NCBI RefSeq assembly: GCF_006345805.1
Contig: NC_043009.1
Location: 65,844,001 to 65,908,000 of the forward strand
Direction of reading: 5' to 3'
DNA from: Octopus sinensis
Taxonomy: Eukaryota
Length of the DNA: 64,000 nucleotides
The position numbers were made by a program, and so were the translations under genes. Under the pieces are notes generated by a model that saw only the letters and a list, made by a program, of their open reading frames with translations, searched no databases and was not told the DNA's origin. Shown here piece by piece: positions 1 to 14,083 of the stretch (the stretch's first letter is position 1; each line of letters begins with the position of its first letter).

Positions 1-1090
1 GCTTCTGTCAAAACCATTGCTTTCGGTACCATCAACGCCGCCGCCACCACCACCACCAGCATCTACCCCCCACAGATTACACTAACTGTACAACAAAACC
101 ATTAACCACCATCAAAACCACTAATACTACGCCTCCCCCATCACTACCACCTCCAGTACAACTAACACCAACTCTGCCACAACTGCCCACTTCCGCCACC
201 ACATCATAACTACTACTACCGGCACCACAATTACCACCACCACCACCATCCCATCACCACCAAATCATCACTGCCACCACCACCACCACCACTACCACCA
301 CTACAACCACCTCCATCACTACCATCACCACCACCGCCACCACCACCACCTCCATCACCACCATCACTACCACCACTACAACCACCTCCATCGCTACCAT
401 CACCACCACCATCACCACCACCGCCACCACCACCACCATCATCACTACCACTGCCACCACTACAACCACCTCCATCGCTACCATCACCACCACCGCCACC
501 ACCACCACCACCATCACTACCACCATCACCACCACCACCAATACACCACCACCACCTCCATCACCACCATCACCACCACCATCATCACTACCACTACCAC
601 AACCACCACCACCGCCACCACCACCACCACCATCACTACCACCATCACCACCGCCACCAATACACCACCACCACCTCCATCACCACCATCACCACCACCG
701 CCACCACCACCACCAATACACCACCACTACCACCATCACCACCACCACCACTACCACCACAACCACCTCCATCACTACAATCACCACCACCTCCATCACC
801 ACCATCACTCACCATCATCACTACCACCACTACAACCACCTCCATCACTACAATCACCACCACCGCCACCACCACCACCACCAGCACCACCACCATCACC
901 ACCATCTCCATCACCACCGCCACCACCACCACCACCACCACCGCCATCACCACCATCTCCATCACCACCGCCACCACCACCACCACCACAACCACCTCCA
1001 CCACCACCACACCGCCATCAACCACCATCTCCCTCACCACCGCCACCACCACCACCACCACAACCACCTCCACCACCACCATCAACAAGC
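1..1090. repeat. Degenerate (ACC)n trinucleotide low-complexity tract
   Basis: Imperfect ACC/ATC/ACT triplets with local higher-order repeats. Source of the poly-Val ORFs. Confidence 0.9.
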
Positions 1091-1142
1091 CACTTTGTCC
1101 ATCTCGGTGTTTCCCTAACCATTTCTGTTAGAAAACAATCCG

Positions 1143-1242
1143 NNNNNNNNNNNNNNNNNNNNNNNNNNNNNNNNNNNNNNNNNNNNNNNNNNNNNNNNNN
1201 NNNNNNNNNNNNNNNNNNNNNNNNNNNNNNNNNNNNNNNNNN
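1143..1242. other. Assembly gap (about 100 N)
   Basis: Run of N, followed by (TA)n. Confidence 0.98.
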
Positions 1243-1261
1243 TATATATATATATATATAT

Positions 1262-1749
1262 CGGCACAGGATACAAATATAAGATGATATATTTTCGGTC
1301 GCAGAGTTGCCGATATAACAGCAGAAACATTTGGTAAATTACCCTTACATCGGTTTGGAAGGCGGGGCAGCACCGAATGGCCTCCACGGTCACCTCACCT
1401 GACACCAATGGATTTCTTTTTTTGGCAGGTGTTGTAAAGAACAAGGTTTATGAGAAGAATCCCAAAACAGTAAATGATTTAAAAGCTTACATTTCTGACG
1501 CATTTCACTGAAATTGATGGAGATCGGAATTTGTGCTGCACTGTGTGTCAGAATGTTCTGAAGAGGGTTGAAGAATGTTGCAATGTTGAAGGAGGACATT
1601 TTGAGCATCTGAGAGATTAAAAATTGTCTGTTTAAGATGTGCATAAACAATGTGATTGTAAGACAGAAATTTAAATGTAATAAAATGTTCTAAAAGAAAT
1701 TTAAAGTGCCTACGTGATAACTGTAAACCTGCTTTTGGGCCGCCCTGTA
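1262..1749 (+). mobile_element. Tc1/mariner-superfamily transposase 3' relic with right end
   Basis: Frameshifted translation gives EWPPRSPHLTPMDFFF (cf. WPPRSPDLTPLDFFLWG), then NPKTVNDLKAYI and RVEECCNVEGGHFEHL*. Ends ...gccgccctg followed by TA. Confidence 0.85.
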
Positions 1750-1911
1750 TATTGCACAGGGCCTGAACTTGACCTCGCGGTTACAGTCAATTTGACTATT
1801 AATTGTATCGCTTTGAATTTTGACCGATTCTGAATTTCTCGACCCGGAAAAGAAATTAGTAATAACCTGGACATGATTTGAACTCAATGTTAAAAGAAAC
1901 ACAATTAAATA

Positions 1912-2256
1912 CTCTTTTCTACTCTAGGCACAAGGCCCGAGATTTTTGGAGAGGGCGCCAGTCCATTAGATCGACCCCAGTACACAACTGGTACTTAATT
2001 TATCGATTCCGAAAGGATGAAAAGCAAAGTCGACCTCGGCAGAATTTGAACTCGGAACGTAAAGACAGCGAAACCTATTTCTATTTCTTTACTACCCACA
2101 AGGGGCTAAACACAGAGTGAACAAACAAGGACAGATAAACGGTACTTAATTTATTGAATCCGAAAGGATGAAAAGCAAAGTCGACCTCAGTAGAATTTGA
2201 ACTCAGAATGTAAAGACAGCGAAACCGCTAAGCATTTCTGCCAGCTCGCCGCCTTA
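1912..2256 (-). mobile_element. SINE family A (tRNA-like head, Nin/Deu-like core), composite two-unit copy
   Basis: Head ggcggcgagctggcaga and core gagttcaaattc..gaggtcgacttt(g)c(c/t)tttcatcctttcgg..gataaattaagtacc, which recurs more than 15 times in the window. Confidence 0.85.
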
Positions 2257-2557
2257 TAACACAATTAAATACTGCGAGATTTATGGTTTCTTCCGGTTCA
2301 AACAATACCTCTCCCCGCCCCCATTCCTGCTTTTTCTGTCAATCTAACTTAGTCTCGGGTCCACGGATCGAATCGGATAATTTGACCCAAGTACTTGACT
2401 GCTCCTTTACTTAATATACACTCCGGAAGGATATAACAAACGCTGACGTCTGCAAGGTTTGAACTCGGTATTTAAAAAGCGGGAACAAATACTTCACGAT
2501 ATTTTGAGCGGCCCCTAACGATTCTACCCGTTCAGTCCACAAACGGATGGGATGAGT

Positions 2558-2727
2558 CGTATTTTGTCTGCCGTTACGTTCTGAGTTCAAATTCCGCCGA
2601 GGTCGACTTTGCCTTTCATCCTTTCGGGGTCGATTAAATAAGTACCAGTTACGCACTGGGGTCGATATAATCGACTTAATCCGTTTGTCCCCTCTGTGTT
2701 TAGCACCTTGTGGGTAGTAAAGAAATA
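2558..2727 (+). mobile_element. SINE family A, 5'-truncated
   Basis: Same core and tail (…ccttgtgggtagtaaagaaata). Confidence 0.85.
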
Positions 2728-3346
2728 TATATTCTTCAAGAAAAAACACAAACAAAAAAGGCTGATACAACTTGAGTTAAGTATTTTCTCTCCTGCTTTT
2801 ATTTCACTTGTTATTTGTTGCGGTTTTTGTTTCCTCCACGACAGCAGGCATATGAGCGACGACCGTCGCAATATCGATCAATCGATTATCACTTTGGCTC
2901 TATTAAATCTTTTCCACTGATTTACACCACCGCCGCCGCCCTCGTCGTCGATTATTCTCTTTTCTTCTCCCCTTCCCCTACTTAACTTTGTTTTCTCTCT
3001 CCCCCACCCCCACCCCGCTTCTTTCTTTGTCTTTACCTTCTCTATTTCTTCCTTTCCCTCGCTCTCTCTCTTTCTCTCCCTCTCTCTTTTCTGCTCTTCT
3101 TATTACGATAAATTCTTTTCACAGCCATTTTGTTGTATAGACCAAGCTCCAAACAGCTGTAAACCTGCTACAACGAGTAATCATTAATTCCACACATACA
3201 AACACACAAATTAGAATCGAATATATACAAATGCATATATATATATACATACACACAGACACACACACACATTTGTTTTTCTATCATAGCTTGCTGAGAT
3301 GACTTGGTGAGTTTTTGTAATTGTTTCTCAACCATAAAGCAATATT

Positions 3347-3381
<35 letters not shown>

Positions 3382-4044
3382 TACATATTACTTATTTTTA
3401 ATAACAAAAATTGAACAATAATGCAGAACAACAGTATTGTCTTCGAGTTTTGAGTGCTGTGGTCAGGACACAATTATAAGTTGTTTTTGTGAGGGTTTTT
3501 TCCGTCGGGCTGGGAGAGAGTTGGCTTATATTTTCATTAGTATCATTTTTTTCCCCCTTTTTACTGTTTGTTTTGTATATTTTCTTTTGTATTTTTCCTT
3601 TTTAAAATCACACATCCTAAATACCCTGATTCGTATATCTAAATACATATGAATTATAGATCTAAATTGAATGAATTCTGCATCTAGAAGCACTAATGAA
3701 TTATACAGCATTGTACGGTGAATGAATGACAATTGTCTGTATTATGAATTGCCTGCAACTTGATGTGGTTATTGCACCTGATGAGCTTGCAACGCGACGA
3801 AACACCACGTGTTTTCTTTTTTATCTAAAATTGGGGTCAGCGACAGATGGACTGCAACCAACAAGTGAGCCAATGAGGTGCTCCCTAAAGGGCTCTCAAC
3901 GGTCCTTTAAAGAAACTCAAATTTGATGCATCTGTAGACTATTGATAAGACGGTCTCTTTCGGGTAGATTTTTTTAGCCCGGTTTGTTTAATTTTAGCTT
4001 AGATAAACATAGCCAGTGGGGGGGGGGGGTTGAAATAATTGACG

Positions 4045-4200
4045 CAGTTGTGGCTGTGTGGTAAGTCGTTTGCTTCCCAACCATATGGTTACGGGTTCTG
4101 TCCTAATGTGTGGCACCTTGGGCAAGTATCTACTATAGCCTCAGGTCGAACAAAGCCTTGTGAGTGGGTTTGTTAGACGGAAACTTAAAGAAGCCTGTCA

Positions 4201-4248
<48 letters not shown>

Positions 4249-4335
4249 CGTGTGCGCGCGCGCGCCCCTATGTTTTTATGTTGTACGCACATGACTGTGT
4301 TTGTCTCCCACCACATATAGACAGATAGACGAATG

Positions 4336-4385
<50 letters not shown>

Positions 4386-4730
4386 TTTGTTTACGTACCA
4401 CATGGTTCCGGGTTCAGTTCCGCTGCGTGACACTTTGGCCAAGTGTCAGCAATGATAGCCTCGGACTGACCAAAGTCTTATGAGTGGATTTGGTAGACGA
4501 AAACTGAAAGAAGCCCGTCGTATATCTATGTGTGTGTGTGTGTGAGTGCTTGTCCTCCACCATTACTTGACGACCGGTGTTAGTATGTATACGTCCCCGT
4601 AACTTAGTGGTTCGGCAAAAAAATCACCAAAAAAAGAGTACTGGGATTGAGCCATTCGACTAGACATTTTTCAGGGCGGTGCCCCAGCATGGCCGTAGTC
4701 TTATGACAGAAACTAGAAAGAGATAAAATA
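4045..4730 (+). mobile_element. SINE family B (tRNA-like head gtggctgtgtggtaag, internal microsatellite), two adjacent copies
   Basis: ggcaccttgggcaagt...gaccaaagccttgtgagtggatttggtagacggaaactgaaagaagc + (TA/TG)n + ...gtccccgtaacttag...cagcatggcc. Confidence 0.8.
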
Positions 4731-5281
4731 AAAGATGCGAAACAGGTTTCTGATCAAAACATTAAAACTTTCCCTTCTTCTTCTTCATGATGCATCTCAC
4801 GTTTTGCCGCCACTGGCCTACCTTCACAAGTTCCTTTGGATTCTTCTGTTTCATTAAATAACTCAACTTTTTTCGGTTTGAATGACATAAAACAGAATTC
4901 ACTTAGTCTTTCACGGTCGAGTGGGTTTTGTTGTAGGAAGGGCATCTAGCTTTGAAAGCAATTGTTCCGACGAATAAATAAAACGAAATAAGCCAGAACA
5001 AAAATTGCTCCACCCATGCAGGACAGCGGAGCAGAAACTACTTACACACAAAAACACACACACACATACCACATACATACACACACCACATACACACAAA
5101 CCATCTCTACTCATGGAATCGATCGATCGATCCTCGGTAGACAGGTCGATTTGCTTCGTCGTGCCCAGAGCATTTAACCAACCAAACACAAGTATTGTCT
5201 TCAAAACGACTTTATCAAATATTTATAAAGAAGGAATAAATGAACTCGTGGAGTGGAATATATTCTTTTCACAGATCAAAA

Positions 5282-5315
<34 letters not shown>

Positions 5316-5937
5316 GTGTGTATATATGTGTATTCTTGCATGTGTGTGTGTGTGTGTGTGCGCACCTTTAATGGTGCCCGAATAACAACTGTTAACAGCC
5401 AAAGAAAGGGATGAGTGATAAACGGTTTAACAGCGAGTTCTCAGAATCTCTACTCCTCGATCCGTTCTGAAAACAAAAGTTTTAAAATTTGTCAAATGCA
5501 TACAGATGGGTTTGCTGAGTGTATAAAGTACTAAAGATCAAATCCAGGCAGAGGTTCCTTGTTTCTGAACAGAACCCATTATTCTACCCCACCTCAGCAT
5601 CCGATATATGTGTTTAAGTTAACATCTTAGCCAGCCTCTGATTGATCTTCCTTCACTTAATGTCGGGTAACTCAAGTAAAACGCTTAAAATTTCTCCCCT
5701 TCCTTGGACGTGTAAAACAATTACATGTTCCAAACTTTTGTCAAATAAACAGGAAATGCGAGTATTTCTTTGATTATCTGAGGTACATTGTTCTTCATCT
5801 CAACCATTTGCCTATCGTGTGTACTACATGATACACAGAACATATTTCCCGGGTATCCATGCATCATATATGATACGCATTCCCAATTTTCTTTTCAAAC
5901 ACAAGAAAAACTTGGGCCGTATGAAAAGAAAGATTTA

Positions 5938-6070
5938 TAACCAACCACATGGTTCCGGGTTCAATTTCACTGTGTGGCACCTTGGGCAAGTGTCTTCTAC
6001 TATAGCTTCGGGCCGACCAAAGCCTTGTGAGTGGATTTGGTAAACAGAAACTGAAAGAAGCCTGTCATAT

Positions 6071-6118
<48 letters not shown>

Positions 6119-6355
6119 GTATGTGTGTGTGTGTGTGTGTATGTTTTTGCGTCTGTTTTTGTACCCACCCAATATCGCTTGACAACAGATGCTGGTGTGT
6201 CTACGTCCCCGTAACTTAGCGGTTCGGCAAAAGAGACCGATAGAATAAGTACTAGGCTTACAAAGTATAATTCCTGGGGTCGATTTGCTCGACTAAAGGC
6301 GGTGCTCCTGCATGGCCACAGTCAAATGACTGAAACAAGTAAATGGGTAAAAGAG
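5938..6355 (+). mobile_element. SINE family B
   Basis: Near full length, high similarity to the 57470-57850 copy. Confidence 0.85.
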
Positions 6356-6839
6356 TCACAGGGTTAATATAGAAAATACTTCTCCAGCATGGACATAGTT
6401 CATTGGCTGCAACCAGTAAAAGAGTAACTTTGTTTGATCTGCTTCTTTTCTTATTTTTCTCTCTTCGTATATATTTTCAACAAACTTAAAAATTACTACA
6501 ATATGGCTCCTTTTTCCTTCAGCATAACAAAACAATCATTTTGAGAACTATTTCTCATTTGTGTAATCTTCGTAAGGTTTGAAAGTCAGATATAAATTAA
6601 AAAGACTTGAAAGACAATGAGCTTACAACAGGCCATGTTTTGTATACAATTTTTCTGTTTAAAAAAGACTCACAGACAAGACCAATCCATTGCCGTTCAA
6701 TATATTATGATAGTATTACATATATTGTAAAGGCATAAACGTCACGAGGTCTTATTTACTTAAAACACAAATACATAACCTTAACGAGCCAAGGAGGGGC
6801 CTTCTACATGCCCGCCCGAAATGCTAGACAACTAGCCAA

Positions 6840-6841
<2 letters not shown>

Positions 6842-6915
<74 letters not shown>
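6842..6915. repeat. (CT)n microsatellite
   Basis: Perfect dinucleotide run. Confidence 0.95.
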
Positions 6916-6919
<4 letters not shown>

Positions 6920-7149
6920 AAAACATGCTGGAAAATGTAGTCTTCGATGTGCCGTTCCATGGAGCAAGACGGGATGGTCACAGTTGGAAAACCTTCGATA
7001 ATAGATCTGCTCCATTAGGTCTACTCTGGGTTTAAATGACGTGTAATTTTGTCGGTATGTAAATTGTTTGTGTGCATATATATATTCATATATATTGTAG
7101 TTTCAGATCAGTGCAGTGGCCATGCTGGGGCACCGCCGTTTTGCTACAC

Positions 7150-8590
7150 TGTTATTACTGAGAGCCTCCTCTAATATGTGGCACTTGGTGAAGAATGGAG
7201 TTTGATGTCCTACTCTCATTTGCCGTGAGGTAGATTAATCTGGGACTCTCGATAGGAAGAGATCAAGTTTTGATTTGAAAACGCCTACATCCACTTTGTG
7301 CAGGTTCCTCAGACTCTTTGGGAGCCTGTAACCCAGGCTGTTGCAGTAACTGATCCTGAAGCGCATTGGTGTAGCTTTCAATGCCAAAATTTGGCACAAT
7401 TCCTTCCAGGATCTTCCAGATGTATATTACTGCATACCTCTCATGCCTTCGCTCTATGGAGTACAGTCTTAGCTGTTTCAGTCTTTCCCAGTAGCTGAGG
7501 TGTTGCAATGAGACGATCTTCTTTGTGTAGCTTCGCTGGATTGCTTCAAGATCCGCAGTTAATTTTATACTGTTGGGTGACCATAGCTGTGAGCAGTAGT
7601 CCAGGAGGCTGTTGACGAATGTCCTCCAGAGGACCATCATGGTTTCCTTTTCTCTGGTTCTGAATGTTCTCAGGACTCATCCAGCCAGTCGTCTGCACTT
7701 TGTCGCCATCCTGGTAATGTGCACTTGGAAAGAGGGTCATCACTCCTATCGATACCCAGGCCCTTTCACTGATTTTGGCTCTGGGATTGTAATCCCCTGT
7801 AGACCAGTGTACCCTGTAAGCTTCGTATTCAGTTTTGAACGCTAGTAGTGCAGGGCTTGGAATTTTTCAGCATTGGACTGCATATTATTATCCTCATCCC
7901 ATCTGAAAATAGAGTCCTGCTGCAGATGTGCAACATCGCTGGAGTTCTGTATTTTCTGCGAGACTTTCGTATCGTCTGTGTAGCTAACAAGGGTGGCTAT
8001 CCGGGCAGTTGAGGGCATATCTGAGATGGCCACTATGAAAAGCAGTGGTCCCAAGACACTACCCTGTGAAAAACCGCTTGCTATTTGTGCTTTTATTGAG
8101 ATGGCTCCATTAACCACTACTGCCTGACTCCTATCTTTCAAAAAATCATGTAACCACTCTCCAAATTTTCCAGCTATGCCGAGATCAGGCAATTTGTGGC
8201 ATATTATACCATGATCCACTTTATCAAAAGCTTTTTGCAAAATCAAGGCATATTACGTCCACATTTGAGTTGTTGAGTAACTGTCGCATCACCCAGTCAT
8301 AATGTTGTAAGAGTTGGGTCATGCAGCTCCTACCTGGTCTACAAGGAATGCGATTAGTTTCCCTCTGACTATCCGTTCCATGACTTTGCTGATGTGTGAA
8401 GTCAGAGAGATAGATCTATAGTTTTTGACATCTGCTCTGCTTCCCCTGTTATGGATTCAGCGCATTATTCCCTCTTTCAGCTTGCTTGGCAGCCTGCCAT
8501 TTGCAAGGAAGCTCTTGAAGAGGATCTGGAGGGGTTTTGCCAGGGCACGCTTACACGATTTGCCAGAGTAATCGTGGGCGGACATATATA
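7150..8590 (-). mobile_element. Non-LTR retrotransposon (CR1/L2-group LINE) reverse transcriptase relic, frameshifted
   Basis: KAFDKVDH, SGFSQGSVLGPLLF, YTDDTK (YADD box), LDYCSQLWSP and LSYWERLKQLRLYSIERRHERY are spread over broken frames. Confidence 0.92.
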
Positions 8591-9019
8591 CCTTCTGGTA
8601 CTCTTTACCCTTTATTCTGGATGTGACAATTGAAAGACGAGAGAGAGGTGTACTCGCACCCGACTACCACTTATTTGAGTAGTTTGGGCCCATATGAAAT
8701 GATGTGCATTACCCAGTCGATCCGATTACTTTACAATCGTGAGCCAGAGTCTCTGACCGCTAGACCACGTGGTTCACTCACCAATACATGCACGCACGTA
8801 TGTGTGTGCTTGTATATATATAATACGTAAACGCTGTATTGCCGTATAGTTAAGAGTTCGATACATGCGAGGTGCCAGGGTTTATCCAGCTGCGTGACAT
8901 TATGAGTAAATGTTATTTTCTATATTTTCGAGTCGACCAAGTTGTGTGTTGAAGAAAACTGTAGAGAAAACTGCGGTGTAGACTGCTCGATTCATTTCGA
9001 ACGTATGATCACAGACTCT

Positions 9020-9426
9020 TTCTTATTTCTTTATTGCCCACAAGGGGCTAAACATGGAGGGGACAAACAAAGACAGACAAAGGGATTAAATCGATTACAT
9101 CGACCCCAATACGTAACGGGTATTTACTTTATCGACCCCGAAGGGATGGAAGGCAAAGTCGACCTCGGCGGAATTTGAACTCAGAACGTAACGGCAGACG
9201 AAATACCTATTTCTTTACTACCCACAAGGGGCTAAACACTGAGAGGACAGACAAACGGATTAAGTCGATTATATCGACCCCAGTGCGTAACTGGTACTTA
9301 TTTAATCGACTCCGAAAGGATGAAAGGCAAAGTCGACCTCGGCGGAATTTGAACTCAGAACATAAAGACAGACGAAATACCGCTAAGCATTTCGCCCGGC
9401 GCGCTAACGTTTCTGCCAGCTCGCCG
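9020..9426 (-). mobile_element. SINE family A, two-unit tandem copy
   Basis: Head at 9426 and two bodies joined at aaatag|gtatttcgtctg (about 9206). Confidence 0.88.
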
Positions 9427-9789
9427 TCTTCATCACAGACTCTCTCTGTTGATCGAATCAAGTTCCCAAACCTCTCAAGACTGTCGAACGGCATTCTACT
9501 GAAGCGGGCAAAAAAAGTTAAAACCTTGCTGTTTTAAGCACAAGCACGGCTTTGTGGTTGGGCTCGCTTTGCAAATAGAACTTTCGGGTTCAGTCCCGCT
9601 GTGCGCTGCCTTGGACAAGTGCCTTCTGCTATAGCCCCGAGGCGACCGGCGGCTTGTGAGAGAATTTGGTAGACAAGAACTGTGTGGAAGGCGGTCGTGT
9701 GTGTGTGCGTGTGCATACTTATCAATATTTGGCAGCAGTAATAGTGACTCAAAGGTCGAGAGTTTTGTGCATTAGCTTTTATCAAACCG

Positions 9790-9799
9790 ACAGACAGAC

Positions 9800-9892
<93 letters not shown>
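9790..9892. repeat. (GACA)n(GATA)n microsatellite
   Basis: Direct inspection. Confidence 0.95.
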
Positions 9893-10149
9893 TAATGTAT
9901 GTATGTTTTCTTTTTAATGAAACTGGAAACGAGATTTTGTTTGATGATTCGAGTCTTACGCCACTGCGATCTTCATGTAAAACACGCCTGAAGATCGCAG
10001 TGGCGTGAAACTAGAATCTCGAGACACTTTCTCTCTCTCTCTCTCCTCCCTCCATTTCGGTTTCAATGAAAAATATGGTTTCTCCATGTATCCAGCCCTC
10101 GTTTCTCTTTCTTTAAACATTAAGCAACACGGACGTGCATGTTTGTATG

Positions 10150-10349
10150 GGTATTTATTCTTTTATTCTTTTGCTTGTTTCAGTCATTAGACTGCGGCCA
10201 TTCTGGGGCACTGCCTTGAAGTATTTTAGTCGAATGAATCGACCCCGGTACTTTTCTTTATTTTTTAAAGCTTGGTACTTATTCTATCGGCCTCCTATAC
10301 CGAAACGCTAGGTTTACGGGGATGTAAACACACACATACACACACACAC

Positions 10350-10410
<61 letters not shown>

Positions 10411-10560
10411 GACGGGCTTTTCAGTTCCGTCTACCAAATCCACTCATAAGGCTTTGGTCGGCCTGGGGCTATAGTTGAAGCCACTCGCCTAAGGTGTTAC
10501 TGAACTCAGAACCATGTAGTTGGTTAGCAAGCTTCTTATCACACAGCCACGCCTGTACCT
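10150..10560 (-). mobile_element. SINE family B
   Basis: Reverse complement of the family B head, body and tail. Confidence 0.8.
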
Positions 10561-10562
10561 GT

Positions 10563-10598
<36 letters not shown>

Positions 10599-12562
10599 TG
10601 AGAGAGAGAGATTGTGCGTGTCTTTGTGTCCCACCGCTTGACAATTGGATGTTGTTTGTTCACGTTATCATAACTTAGCCGTTCGGCAAAGGGGTTCTAC
10701 AGAATAAGTACCAGACTCGGAAAATAAAAATAAGCTCTGGTTTCGATTAGATCGACTAAACTCATCAAAGTGTTGCTCCAGCATAGCCACAGTACAATGA
10801 CCGAAACAGGTAAAAGAATAAAATGCATTCATACAAAGAAAACGTGATGGATTCGCATTATATTCGAGATTGCGTGCTACACGAGTGAACAGAGCATCGC
10901 GTTGCAGTTCCTCGCTTCTGGTAGTCTCGAAGACAACTGTCTTGAGATTACGCAGCATATTTTGTTTAAAAAAATGGTTTCTTTATTATTTTTTTTTTGT
11001 CCAAGGTAGATAACCGTGCTTCACTTCTTATACGTAAAAGATTCACTTTTTCTCAACAACAACAACAAAAAAGGCAGAATTTTGTATTCATTTATTTATT
11101 TTATTTATTTATTTTATTAATTTATTAATCTCTGCACCAACTTTTTAAAATAAAAAAAAAATGAATGAATGCATAATTAATTTCATTTTATTTTTTATTT
11201 TTTTATTTTTTATTTCTTTTGTTTCCTTTGTCTCATCACAACAACGGTGTGGAAGTGGGGGGTGGGGCGGAGAGAAAATAAATAACGATGGAGACCTGTT
11301 TGACATAAAAGGTTTACTGTTGTAAGGGATTTTAGAGTGAAGCCTGCAAACAAACAAACAAAATTTCATTGTATTTTGTTTTCAAGTGTCTGTGTGTCTG
11401 TATGCGATGTTGATGGTAGGAGTAGTTGTAGTAGACGTTACTGATAAAACCGACCTGTAATTTTTTATAATTTCCTCCTAACAGTAAATATTACTTTAAA
11501 ATAAAAGAAAAAAAACATAAATAATAAACATTGCTGGCGGCGGTGGAGATGGCGGCGCTGGTGACGCTGTTATTACCCCCTATTTTTGTCGAATCTTTTA
11601 TACACCCTTCCACGAAAACAGTTCCAGTTCCCATCACTTCCTCACTCTCTGATGAAGGACAAACGTTTGAAACGTAAGATCTTTCACTCCTCTCAACAAC
11701 TGAGTTTATCGAACTTCATGAAACTTCCAATAATTACTCGTGGTGGTGGTGGTGGTGGTGGTGGTGGCTGTGGCAGGGGTTGTCATCCCAATCAATATAT
11801 TACGTTTTACACACACACACACACACACTCAAAGTACGAAAGGAAGGCTAAATAAAATAAAACTCTGTGTAGCAAATATTGTATTAAAATAGTAATTAAC
11901 AGCGGTGGTAGTATTGGGGCAGTCGTAGAATATTATTTTCATGATTAAACAACCTCCATTCCGAACATCCCCTTCAAAATTCCCCACAGCAGGTTGAAGT
12001 ATAGCAACAGAAATTATTAGTTGATGATGATGACGATGATGATTGTTAAAGAAATTAACTTTAACGAGTGGCTAAAATTCCTTATTTTGCGGCTTTCCAT
12101 TTCAGATGGCAAAAACCTCACAGATCCCTTGCATGAGACGCAAGTACTACTAATACTACAAGAGACTTTTCTTTGGGAAAAAGCATGATCCCTATTCAGG
12201 GAAGCGTGAAACTGATAGACTGCTGTTTAGTCTATTACTAGCACCTCTTCCTGTTCCACCAGAAGAAATCTTGAATTGGTGGTAAACATTTTTTTTTAAT
12301 GATATTATTCTGTTTAATACGTCTACACCATTTAATGATTTAGACGATGTTGCCTTTGATACATTTAGTTTTTTTCTCTGAACATTCTGAGAATAAATCC
12401 CCGCTGGAGCTACTTTTTCTGGGCCAAATAAACTCGAGTGCCGGGGTCCACTTGGTCAACTGTTCCCTTCCTGAAAATATGTGACTTCAAGCCTATGCTA
12501 GAAATCAATAATCATCCGACGCCTCTATGGCAATAATAAAAATAATAATGATAATAATAATA

Positions 12563-12595
<33 letters not shown>

Positions 12596-13331
12596 GAGTG
12601 AGAAAGCAGTGCATGCCATCAAAGCCCAGTATACCCATCGTGACTACCCGTCTGATAAGGGTACACCAGACACATGCACCACAACCATGTGTGCGCGACA
12701 TGGTGATCTCATGAGCATTGGAATGGACGTAATCGACTCGGCCCTCTACTCCAAAATTTCAAGCCTTGTACCTACAGTAAAAAGAATTGTTGTTGCTGTT
12801 GTTGTTGTGGTTGTTTTTATTGTTGTTAAGGTGGTGTATTTCCAAACTATAGAAAACTGGACAACATGGTTTGCCATATTTAAGTCCTGAATTCAAATGT
12901 TTTGGTTTGCTTTTCATTATTGACTTTGCTTTTCATTATTCCCGGGTCAGTAAAATAAATGCCAGTCACGTGTAGCAATGAACCAATATTAAAAACAATT
13001 CTAATAATCAACAGAACTCGTATATACATCAGGATTCAGCTATATTCAATAGAATTAATTCAGATGAGCAGAGGGCAGTGGTTGTGCTGGATCAGGAAAC
13101 TTTAGATAGGACCTCCTATGTTCTAATTCTATCATGGTTAGCTTTACCTTTCACTTTTTTAAGTCGACAAAAAATAGGTACCAGAATATATTTGCTGCCA
13201 GTTCAGAAATTCTCATCATTGACTTTGCCTTTCATCCGTTAGGGATCGACAGAACCATTGTATCAGTCAAAAAACAGCGGTTAGTCTCTCCCTCTCTTCA
13301 ACAAATACTCAGACTTGTGCCTATATCAGAA

Positions 13332-13366
<35 letters not shown>

Positions 13367-13850
13367 GAATGCTGTTGAAGTGTGCTGAAGTTTTCGGGAT
13401 TTTCTCGAAAAACTAGATATTTATTTAAAGTAATTTTTTTTTTCATTTTATAAACAAGTGACTTCGAAATGTTTGGACTTCTAGAAAACACTTTAACATA
13501 ATACGGCCTTCTATGAAAACGGGAAGAGGTGCGTGTAACATTTTTCAAACCATGAACACATTATTTTAAGAAAAGAGAATATGTTTAACATTCAAAGGCA
13601 GAAAACACACTTTAACAAATGAAAAAAATAAGGAAATTTCTAATAACGTTAATAGCGGTATCAATAATTTTGCTAACGTTGCTAATCACAGTAAGGTACC
13701 GATACAGGTCGACCTCTTGAAGAAGAAAAAATAAAACAGATGTGTTACAAAGGACAGTGCTTCCTTGCCTACAAAATAAGACGAAAAGAACGGCAAGAGC
13801 GTACCCCTAAGTAGCGTATCCCTACTTTTCCAAAAATGAGGTTTTCATAT

Positions 13851-14083
13851 ACCTATTTCTTTACTACCCACAAGAGGCTACACACAGAGGAGACAAACAA
13901 GGACAGACAAACGGATTAAGTCGATTATATCAACCCCAGTGCGTAACTGGTACTTAATTTATCGACCCCGAAAGGATGAAAGGCAAAGTCGACCTCGGCG
14001 GAATTTGAACTCAGAACGTAGCGGCAGACGAAATACCGCTAAGCATTTCGCCGTGTGCTAACGATTCTGCCAGCTCGCCACCT
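13851..14083 (-). mobile_element. SINE family A, full length
   Basis: Head-to-tail match to the other copies. Confidence 0.88.

Noticed and set aside
254-1088. Poly-Val/Met ORFs, or a mucin-like Thr/Pro reading on the plus strand
   Set aside because: These are products of the (ACC)n tract, with no unique flanking coding sequence or clear splice context.
3775-3812. Further hammerhead-like strings (3778 +, about 21693-21728 -, about 50607 +)
   Set aside because: The core or stems are disrupted (insertion, GAAA to AAAA, missing stem I). At best decayed relics, so not called as ribozymes.
7222-7245. TGAGGTAG let-7-like seed
   Set aside because: The rest does not match let-7, there is no hairpin, and it lies in the LINE 3' region.
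12106-12285. Plus-strand exon after a strong acceptor (MAKTSQIPCMRRKYY*...)
   Set aside because: Stops in all three frames, so it cannot be supported as coding.
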